Shown piece by piece: positions 16,802 to 27,941 of a stretch of 64,000 bases of DNA; within the stretch, counting starts at the first letter, position 1; each line of letters starts with the position of its first letter. The stretch is from Dictyostelium discoideum (taxonomy: Eukaryota). The translations under genes and the position numbers were made by a program. The notes beneath the pieces were generated by a model. It saw nothing but the letters and a program-made list of their open reading frames with translations. It was not told the origin of the DNA and made no database searches. The stretch covers positions 5,024,001 through 5,088,000 of the forward strand of contig CM000152.2 in the NCBI GenBank assembly GCA_000004695.1, in the 5' to 3' direction.

Positions 16802-17893
16802 TATTATTTGATGATGATGATGATAATTTACTTATATTACTTGAAGAGAATGAACCTGATAAAGATACTTTTGGTGATTCGAATTTATTTGAATTATCTT
16901 TAATAAAAGTTAATTGAGATTTCTTTAATTTACCATTTTGTAATGATTGTTGTTCAATTGTTGTTGTAACTTCAAACCAAGGATTCTTTACTAATTCCTC
17001 AAGGGTTGGAGTTTTTTCTGAAAAGATTTGTTGTAATAATAAAAATACTTTATCAGGGAATAATGGTATAAAACTATTGATATTTGAATGATCTCCTAAC
17101 GGTATACCAATGATCATTTCAAATAAACAATGACCAAAACAAATTACCTCTAAATTGTCTTTAAATGATTGTGGTAAACCAATACCATAAATATAATCAT
17201 TGAATAATGGTTTCATACCTAATAAACAATTTTCAATATCAACTAATTGACAAGTATCATTTGATTGATTAATTAAAATATTTGATAAATGTAAATGAGA
17301 GAATTGAATACCTTTACTCTTTAAATATAATAATGATTCCAATATTTGTTTACAATATTTTTGAATTGATTTAATTGGTAAAACAGATTGACTTTGTGAT
17401 GATGATGATGAAGATGAGGATGAAGATGACGATGATTTTGGTTGTTTGTAAATATATTTTGTATCATATGGTGATAATGGTTTTGATTTATATACTTGAT
17501 CACGAAGACTACCTTGTTTGAAGAATGTACGAATTACCAATATCTTATCATTGGCACCTGATACCTCAACGTTTATTGGTGTTAAAATATATGGATGTTT
17601 AAGTGAGAGTAGAGTTTTTTCAAACTTTCTCTTCTTCTTTTCATTTGACATTGACCATGGACATGATGATGGTGTTGGTGTAATTATTGATACTACGCAT
17701 TCTTCTCCACCACCCATTGAATTCTTTGCCATACAATATGATTTTCTTAATCCATGTTTAGTATGTCCAATATCCTGTAATGGTTTTGAATATTCAAATT
17801 GTGCTGTTGATCTTAATTGAAATTGTGCTACTAATGCATCAGTTTCTAAAATATATATATAAATAATTAAAAAAAAAAATATTAATATATTTT

Positions 17894-17928
<35 letters not shown>

Positions 17929-18502
17929 TATTTAAAAAAAAGATAATTACCAAAATATTGTTTCTTTTGTTCAAATGAATTATTACATGATCTGCATAAT
18001 CTTTGTTGACCTGTATATCCATATTCTATTGGTAAAATTGAATAAAATGATGAACATGAATCACAAAAAATTGAACCACATTTTCTACAGTGATGCTTAA
18101 AAAAAAAAAAAAAAAAAAAAAAAGGTAAGAATTAATTTTTTGTTTTATAAAAAAAAAAAAAAAAAACTCATCAGAAATTTCCGAAAAAAAAAAAAAAAAA
18201 AAAAAAAAAAGAATTAAAAACTTACTCTTCTTCTAATTAATGTGAAAGGTAATTGGCAATCATTACATTCCAAAGAACTTTGATCTGGTTTCCATTCAGC
18301 TTTACTTATGGCTGTTCCGCTGCTATTTGCTGTTGATGAATCCTATCGATTTTCATAAAAAAAATAAAATAAATAACAACAAAAAAATAGATTAGTTTAA
18401 AGTGACTAAAAAAAAAAAATAAAAAAAATAAAATTATAAATTTAAAATATAAAAACAAATAATAAAAACAGATAAATATATATAAATATTCTTACTTACC
18501 AT
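16353..18502 (-). CDS. FYVE zinc-finger + kinase-like (pseudokinase) + proline-rich + WH2-domain protein, Slob/PXK-like in architecture. Four exons on the minus strand: 18502..18500 (ATG only), 18342..18226, 18095..17951 and 17845..16353.
   Basis: Exon 0 is ATG followed directly by a GTAAGTAAG donor. Exon 1 reads DSSTANSSGTAISKAEWKPDQSSLECNDCQLPFTLIRRR and exon 2 reads HHCRKCGSIFCDSCSSF…RLCRSCNN, which together give a FYVE signature (W.PD…C..C…RRHHCR.CG…C..C…R.C..C). Exon 3 holds a kinase-like fold with degenerate catalytic motifs: HLHLSNILI replaces HRDLKPENIL and DIE replaces DFG. It ends with poly-Pro stretches and a WH2 motif, LLESIRNADNAKKLKK. Splice phases 0/0/1 are consistent, giving 585 aa. 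Confidence 0.75.
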
Positions 18503-19161
18503 TAAACTTATAAATTTTTTAAAAAATTAATAAAAAAAAAAAAAAAAATTTGTTTTTAATTCCGTCGCAAAAAATTAAAAAAAAAAAAAAAACAAATATT
18601 AAAATTGATATGTGTCGTTAATGTGTGTGTGTGGTATATCACTATATAAAGAAGTTTGGATGGAGAGAATAAAACTTAAAAATCAAAAATAAAAAATTTA
18701 AAATAAAAAAAAATTTTAAATGTTTGGTTTTTATTTTTTATTTTTTTAATTTTTTTTTTTTTTATTATCAATTATTCTGAAACTTTTTATCTCCCACAAA
18801 ATTTTTTCTCTATGTGTTTCTACTCTATTTTTATAAAAATAGAAAAAAATAAAAAAATAAAAATAAAACAAAAATAAATAAAACTTTTTTTTTTTTTTTT
18901 TTTTTTTTTATATTTTTTATTTTTTTGTTTTGTTTTTTTTTTAAAAAAAAAAAAAAATAAAATAAAAATATAAAACAAAATAAAAAAAAAAAATAAAAAT
19001 AAAAATTTCGGTTTGCCTGGTTGGGGACTGACTCTTCACACACAACCACACTTATTTTTGTATAGGGTCACCCCAATAAAAATTTTAATTTTCAAAAATG
19101 GATATTTGCATTTTATTTTATTTTTTTTTTTTTTTATTTTTTTATTTTTTTATTTTTTTTT

Positions 19162-20641
<1,480 letters not shown>

Positions 20642-21039
20642 TTATTTTGTTGTGTGTGTTGGGAATTGAAATTTAGAAAAATGAAAAAAAAATTTTATAT
20701 TAATTTTTTTTTTTTTTTTTTTTTTTTAATTTTGGTGAAATTTTTTTTTTTTTTAATTTTATTTTATTTAATTTAATAATTTTATATTTTTTTTTCCAAA
20801 AAATTATCGGAAATTGTTTTAAAACATTCCAGAATTATTTGATGGATTTTTTTTTTATTTTTAGTAACATGGCATTGACATGAAATGATAACCCAAAACC
20901 ACCTATTTATTTTTAGTCAAAAATTTTGATTTTTATTTGGACGACAAAACTATAAATAGGATTTTTTTATTTTAAAGTGATTGACTTGAAATGCGACATT
21001 CATAATTTTTTATTTTTTTTTAAATTTCACTGCACATTA

Positions 21040-21139
21040 ACTTAATATCATCAATCAATAATAAGGCATCTTCAAAAGTATTTACTTCAAACTCTATTTG
21101 TAAAAAAAAAATAAAAAAAAAAAAAAAATTAGTTTAGGG

Positions 21140-21179
<40 letters not shown>

Positions 21180-21255
21180 TTACTAATTTTCTTTGGTTTG
21201 TATACTACTTCACCAGCTAATTTATTGAATGAGTTTGTTGTTTTAGACATTGCTA
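21040..21255 (-). CDS. Possible small two-exon gene of about 47 aa.
   Basis: On the minus strand, ATG at about 21250 gives MSKTTNSFNKLAGEVVYKPKKI in phase 1 before a GTAAAT donor. A roughly 85-nt A/T intron ends in CAAATAG, and the second exon reads KFEVNTFEDALLLIDDIKLMCSEI*. Composition is coding-like, but the size is too small for family assignment. Confidence 0.25.
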
Positions 21256-21781
21256 TTTTAATTTAATTTGATTTGTTTTTTTTTTAATAATAATTTTTTT
21301 TTTTTTTTTTTTTTTATATAAAAAAATTTTGTGTTATAAATTTTTTTTTTTTTTTATTGACACTGACACTGAGATTTTTATGCGAGTTTTTTTTTTTATT
21401 GATACTGACACTGAGATTTTTATAAAAATTTTGCATTCTTATGGTCAGTCTTATTTAAAAAATAAAAAGAATAAAAAACCTTTAAAAATCTTTGTGTCAG
21501 TGTCATTCTTCAATAAAAAATAAAAAAATAAAACTCATGTAAAAATTTTTTAATTGGGTCAAAGCAATTAAAAAGAGTCATTTTAGTTTGATTTTTATAT
21601 TTTTAATTTTATTTAGTATCAAAACTTTTGAAATTATAATATTATTATTAGTAATATAATTTAATATTTTAGAGGGCAGAAAATCATTTTTATAAATTCA
21701 AATTACAATATTTTAAACAATTGGTGAACCTAAAGATCTAAAATTTGGAACTTGTTATTTTTTTAAAAAATTTAAATCATT

Positions 21782-21990
21782 TATCACCCTTTTGAGATCA
21801 GTCTTGTTAATTTCTTTTTTCGATTCAGTTTTTAAAAATATTGTGTGAGAATCACTATTTTATTTTTGGATAGAAGAGGATATTTATTTTTTTAAACTAA
21901 AATGAAAGAAATTTTATTAATTCAACCATAAATTTTTTGAAAAATTGAATCAAAATAAGAAATTAACAAGACTGATCTCAAAAGGGTGAT
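21782..21990. mobile_element. MITE-like element of about 210 bp with roughly 50-bp terminal inverted repeats.
   Basis: The left arm is atcacccttttgagatcagtcttgttaatttcttttttcgattcagttttt at 21785-21834. The right arm is aaaaattgaatcaaaataagaaattaacaagactgatctcaaaagggtgat at 21940-21990. These are reverse complements with about 4 mismatches, flanking a non-coding AT-rich core of about 105 bp. Confidence 0.55.
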
Positions 21991-23174
21991 TGGAGAACAC
22001 CTGTTAGATAGCAATAATCAAAATCAAAAATTTATAGATAATCCAGAATATTTAAGTTGAGAAAACTATACAAGAATTAGAAATGCACCATATCCATCAA
22101 CCAAGAGCCAAATGTAATATTTTCAGCTAATACATTTGATCTGCTCTTCGGAGAGACAACCATTTTAATTACTTAACGAAAATACTAATGTTTTTAATGA
22201 TATTACGATTCAGGTAACCAATGTAAAAAAGGTAGATATCATCAAAGAAAATACTCATATATGCTGGGGTTCCAACCTAGATATGAAAGGATTGGTGATC
22301 ATTTTTCTCATTTTTAACATTTTGAATGGAATGTAATCATCTTTAATCTTTTTGTCAGATAAAATCATTTAAAAGATTTGATGAAGTAAATATCAATTTC
22401 TGTACATAAAAGTAATACAATTCCCTGTCCATTAATAAAATGATCAATACTTGGTCATACAACATTAAATGTTTTAATCATGGGCTTTTTTTTTTTATAA
22501 TTTTTATTTATTTTTTTTTTTTTTATTTTTTTTTCTTTTAAACAAATTTTAAAATTAGTTGAATAAATAAATAAAAAGGATTTCAAATAAAATTTATTTA
22601 AAATTTATTATTTTAACAAACACACCACATTTTATATTTTTAATCCAATCTAAAAAACAAAAAAAATCCCAGATATTTTTTAGATTTTTTTTTTTTTTTT
22701 TTTTTTTAAAAATATCACTTTCACAATTTGTTTATTATAAAAAATAAAATTAATTTTTAAAATTTTATTACAATCATGATCTGCAATATTTTTCACTTAA
22801 TAAAAATATTAAATGACGCCATCACGAGCAATCAATAAAAAAAAAAAAAAAAAAAAATAATGGTTGGGATGACTGGTTTAAGAAACTCGTGGGTTTTAAA
22901 GTTTTTTTAAGACTATTAACATTTTATTTAAAATAGTCTTGATATTTTTTCTTTTTTTTTTTTTATTTTTTTTTTTTTTTTATTTTTAAAAAATATCTTA
23001 TTGTTGTGGCCAATGATGACGCAGAGGTTTTTTTTGAACCTAACATTAACACAATTGATTTCTTTAACTATCGTATTTTTTTTTTTTTTAAAAAAAAAAA
23101 AATGTTTTGTCATTATTTTCTATTAATAAAAAATATCTAAAAACTGTTTTTTTTTATAAAATTTGTTTAAAACC

Positions 23175-23212
<38 letters not shown>

Positions 23213-23303
23213 ATTTTCTTTTCTTTTATTTTCTTTTTATAAATATATAAATAAATAAAATTTATACAAATAAAACTAAATTAATAAATTAACCTAAATA
23301 GAA

Positions 23304-26300
23304 ATGGGGTTCTATGAATCATTTAGGTCAATTTATAATTTTAATTCAATCAAGGTTAAAGTTTCTCTAGTTGAAGCATTGGCAGTTTCAGTTTCAGCAA
23401 TTGTAGCTATTTTACCATGGAAAGATTGGGGAATAATTTGGAGTGATGGAACATTAATTTATACTCCGATTATGTGTTTAATGGTAACTAATAATGTATC
23501 ATCATTTACAAATATACATTTATCAATTACAATGTTAATTGGTACATTGATAGCATGTTTCTATGCATTCATAATTATGTTAATTACAAGGGACATTGTT
23601 TGGATAACATTCTTTCCAACATTTATATTCTATTATGTTATTACAGCCACTTGTAATATACCAAATAGAAAATGGATGACTGGTTTATTTTTAAAAGTTT
23701 GTTTTCTATACCTTTTCATGACATTGTATTTCACAAAGATTGAAAATATGAATAATGACATTGTTGAAGATATTTATAGTATGCTATTCGTAGTTGCAAC
23801 AGTCATAGTATCGTCACTTGTTTTCCCAACATTAGCATCTCGTTTAATTTTTGGAAAAGTTGTTAAAACTTTGAATTCCACAAGAACTTATTTCCTTTTA
23901 ATTGGTAATTTATTTGAAGAAAAGTTAGGTAAAACTAGTGGTAAGATTAATAATCAAATTTTCACAAATACATTCCAACAATTAATAAAAGAACAACAAG
24001 ATAAACAAAATTCAAAATCAAATGTAATACCTGAAAAACCAATGTTAAACTTTTCCTTAAAATCTCAATTAAATCCAACTCAAGAAATTCCAATGAATAT
24101 ATATAGTATTGGTGTTACACCATTATTGAAATCTCAAACTTCAATAGACCAATATGAAATCCCAGAAGAGAAATTAAAATTACCATTATCAAGATCAATG
24201 AATAATAATAGTAATAGAAGTGCTGTTGTTTTAGATATCGGTAGACATAGATCAACTACTACCAATACCACTAGTACTACAGCAAATAGAGTTCGTTCTA
24301 AATCAGTTTTATCAACCCAAAATTTAAAAGAAAAAATTGAAATTATTAAAAATCAAAATTTAAATCCATTGGAGGAGGAAATGCAAATATTGGAAATTGA
24401 ACTTACAAATAGAATTGCAACAATGACCAATTTGTTGTCAGAGTCAAGAAGTGAAAGATGGAATGATGATTTGAATGATAATTATGATAAATTAATATCA
24501 ATGTTTGAAATGACATTAAAACAATTAATTTCAATTAAATCATCAATTGAAAATGGTTTTAATCAAAATTCAATCGATGAATTAATTCAACCATTAATTC
24601 CATTCATTCAATGTTTAATTGAAGAAGTTTACTTACAAATGGGAATTATGATTGAAATATTAAAAAATCAAAATTTTAATATAAATGATAATGATTCAAT
24701 ATTTAAAGTATTATTAAAATCATTTGATGAAACTCAAGAATTGGTTGATAGAGTTAAAGGTGCATTTAAACAAGTTGTAAAAGAATACCAAGAAACTAAT
24801 ATTCAATTATTATCAAATGATGATCTCACTAAAGCTCATTTCTTTGTTCATGGTATTCTATCATTTTCATTACAACAACGTCAATTTGCTGATATCTTAA
24901 TCAATGTTAAAAAACAACAACATTCATATTCAGTAAGATGGGAATTAATTAGATATGGTTTATTAATGGTATTATTTGGTTTCCCTTTAATGATAATTAA
25001 AAGATGCAAATTTATTAAAAATAAATTATTTGGTAGTGGTGGCAGTACTAATGGTAGCAGCAGCAGTGGTGGCAGTACTAGTGGTGAAATTAAAAAAGAT
25101 AATAATTTAATTTTAATTTTTAAATGGATTCATTTTAATTATTTTAAAGATGATAAATGGAGGTTTCCATTACAAATGTCAATTTCTTTAACAAGTGGTA
25201 CAATTCCATTCTTTTTTGTTGGTGATGGTGTTTCTGATAGTTCTGGTATGTTTGTTACATTTGGTGTTTGGACAGTAACAACAATAGTTTTTATCATTGG
25301 ACCCAGTGTCGGTGCATCAATTACTCAAGGATTTAGAGAGAGTAGAGGTACATTGGGAGGTGCAATAGTTGGTTTCGCAGTATCATTACTATGTAGTCAT
25401 ATCCCAACACCATATAAAGAAATTGTAATAATTGTATTTGTTTTCATTTTCACTTTCTTTATTTCATATCCACATCAAAATAAAATTCATTCCCAATCTG
25501 CTGAAATTTGTGAATTAACTTTTCTATTAGTACTTTTAGGTCAAAATCTATCCCATGATTTTGATTACATGTTTGCTGTATTAAGAACTGTTCATATCAT
25601 ATTTGGTGTAATCTGGAATGCTTTAATCTGTTTAATTGTATTCCCATTCTTTTCATACAAAAACACAAGAATTAAAATATTCCAAATTACAAATTCTCTA
25701 TCAGATACCTTTATCAATATTATCATTAATGGTTTAAGAATGAATGAACAAATTAATCACAACCACAACCAACATGGTGATAATCAAGATAAGAATAATA
25801 TTAAAAATATTTTAATTAATTATGATAAAAACTTCAACAATAACAATAATAATAATTATTTCGATAATATTAATAATATTATTAAATTACAAATTGGTAC
25901 ACTTGAATCAGTTAAATATTTAAGAGAGAATATGAAAAAAGAAATTTATGAATCATTAAAGGAGATTAGAATTGGCATTGATGGAATTAGAGATTCTTTA
26001 TCAAGTGTTGAATCTGAATTATATTTCGTATCACCTTCAAAAACTGTTAAATATTATTCATTAACTGAAAATTTAATTAATTGTTCAACTAGATTAATTT
26101 CCTTAGAAAATTCATTTGATCCAATTTTTATAGATTTAATTATTTTATCAATGTTTAATTTAAATCGACCATTAAATGATTTATTTCAACAATTGATTTC
26201 ATCAAAATCTGATATTAAATTATTAATGGCTGGTAAATTTAAATCATCATCTAATGGTGATGATATATTTAAACATTGTCAATTAATTAATGAAAAGTGG

Positions 26301-26507
26301 GATTTAGTTAAACAAGAATTTAAATCAATAAGATTATTCCTTTTAAAGGAAGGATTGTTCCATATCCTTCATCCTCATCAAATTCAATTTGGTTCTGGTA
26401 TTCATTCGATTGAATTATTCATTCAATCATTCATTCTTTTATTTGAAGATTTACGTTCAATTAAAGATGAAACAAGTTATTTAAAACAATTTTTAAAATT
26501 AAAATGA
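23304..26507 (+). CDS. Large polytopic membrane protein of 1067 aa in a single exon, with two blocks of about 6 TM helices separated by long hydrophilic coiled regions. The topology suggests a FUSC/ArAE (Bre4-like) putative transporter.
   Basis: A continuous ORF runs from ATG at 23304. The N-terminal hydrophobic block is ILPWKDWGIIW…IACFYAFIIMLITRDIVWITFFPTFIFYYVI…, and a second hydrophobic block at about aa 520-720 reads LLMVLFGFPLMIIK…IPFFFVGDGV…IVFIIGPSVGASITQGFRESRGTLGGAIVGFAVSLL…. The intervening and C-terminal regions are hydrophilic. Family assignment is by architecture only. Confidence 0.6.
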   Translation: MGFYESFRSIYNFNSIKVKVSLVEALAVSVSAIVAILPWKDWGIIWSDGTLIYTPIMCLMVTNNVSSFTNIHLSITMLIGTLIACFYAFIIMLITRDIVWITFFPTFIFYYVITATCNIPNRKWMTGLFLKVCFLYLFMTLYFTKIENMNNDIVEDIYSMLFVVATVIVSSLVFPTLASRLIFGKVVKTLNSTRTYFLLIGNLFEEKLGKTSGKINNQIFTNTFQQLIKEQQDKQNSKSNVIPEKPMLNFSLKSQLNPTQEIPMNIYSIGVTPLLKSQTSIDQYEIPEEKLKLPLSRSMNNNSNRSAVVLDIGRHRSTTTNTTSTTANRVRSKSVLSTQNLKEKIEIIKNQNLNPLEEEMQILEIELTNRIATMTNLLSESRSERWNDDLNDNYDKLISMFEMTLKQLISIKSSIENGFNQNSIDELIQPLIPFIQCLIEEVYLQMGIMIEILKNQNFNINDNDSIFKVLLKSFDETQELVDRVKGAFKQVVKEYQETNIQLLSNDDLTKAHFFVHGILSFSLQQRQFADILINVKKQQHSYSVRWELIRYGLLMVLFGFPLMIIKRCKFIKNKLFGSGGSTNGSSSSGGSTSGEIKKDNNLILIFKWIHFNYFKDDKWRFPLQMSISLTSGTIPFFFVGDGVSDSSGMFVTFGVWTVTTIVFIIGPSVGASITQGFRESRGTLGGAIVGFAVSLLCSHIPTPYKEIVIIVFVFIFTFFISYPHQNKIHSQSAEICELTFLLVLLGQNLSHDFDYMFAVLRTVHIIFGVIWNALICLIVFPFFSYKNTRIKIFQITNSLSDTFINIIINGLRMNEQINHNHNQHGDNQDKNNIKNILINYDKNFNNNNNNNYFDNINNIIKLQIGTLESVKYLRENMKKEIYESLKEIRIGIDGIRDSLSSVESELYFVSPSKTVKYYSLTENLINCSTRLISLENSFDPIFIDLIILSMFNLNRPLNDLFQQLISSKSDIKLLMAGKFKSSSNGDDIFKHCQLINEKWDLVKQEFKSIRLFLLKEGLFHILHPHQIQFGSGIHSIELFIQSFILLFEDLRSIKDETSYLKQFLKLK

Positions 26508-26539
26508 ATTATTTAAATTTTAAAAAAATTGTTTTAATC

Positions 26540-26584
<45 letters not shown>

Positions 26585-26784
26585 AAATAAATTTAATTTT
26601 TTTGTTATTTAACCACTCCCCAAAAAAAATCAAGTTTTTTATTATTTATTTAATATATATTTTTCTAATTTTTGTTTTTAGATTATTTAAAAAAAATAAA
26701 TAATCAAAAATAACTTTTTTTTAATTTTTGTTATTTTTATTATTGATACATTAAAAAAATAAGATATAAAAATTAATAATCACA

Positions 26785-26819
<35 letters not shown>

Positions 26820-27441
26820 CTTGGAATTTATTTTTGTTGATCAAAATTATGGTTTTTGGTGGTGTTTATTATTTATTTTATTTTATTTATTTGCTAAATG
26901 TTTTGGAAATTGAATTTTCTGGTTTTGGTTGAATTGTTGGTGGTTTAATAACCAAAGTTCTGGAGGCACCACTACCATTACGAGTCTTTTTTTTTAAATA
27001 TTTAATGGGAAAGTTTAAAAAAAAAAAAAAAAGAAAATATTAGTCCCTTAAAATAAAAAAAAAATACAAGATATAAAATATTTTTAAAATTTACATTTTG
27101 TTGAAAGAATGATAATTTTTGTGACATTATTTTTTACAGAAGGATTATTAGAATAAAATAAAATAAAAAAAAAAAATAAAAAAATAAAAAAAAAAAAAAA
27201 TAAAATAAAAAAAAAAAATTGACTAAATACTGTTGTGAAAATTATAAAAAAATATCTAATTATAAAAAAAAAAAAATGTTTTAAAAAAAAAAAAAAAAGA
27301 TCACCAAACGTTCACAAAAATAAAAAAAATAAAAAAAAATAAAAAAAAAAAAAAAAAAATCGACTAAATATCGTTGTGAAAATTATAAAAATAGAAATAT
27401 TTGATCATCAATCACTAAAGTTTATTTGAATACAAACAAAA

Positions 27442-27484
<43 letters not shown>

Positions 27485-27861
27485 TAAAAATAAAAATTAA
27501 AAAATATTATTTTTTTTTTTTAAAAAAAAATCATAAAAAAAAAAAAAACTCAAAAAAAAAAAAAAAAAAAACAATTTTTCTACATGTACTTCTAAAAACT
27601 ATTTGTATTATTATTACTATTTTTTTCATTCTTAATTTATTTATTTTTTTCATAAATTGTATAATTACACACCACACACACACACACATATATATATATA
27701 TACATACACTCTCTCTTTTTAAATTTTGCGATATTTTTTTAAAGTTATATATACATATATTACTTTATCACTCACCCACCCACCATCACTTTATATATTG
27801 AATTTATATATTGTATACAATTTTAAAGAATTAAATAATTTAAAACAAACAAACAAACAAA

Positions 27862-27892
<31 letters not shown>

Positions 27893-27941
27893 AATAAAGT
27901 AACAATATATAATAAATAAAAAAAATAAAAATAATTGAAAA

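Noticed and set aside
17321-17820. ORFs 17321..17503 (-) and 17518..17820 (+).
   Set aside because: They overlap exon 3 of the FYVE/pseudokinase gene in the wrong frame or on the opposite strand.
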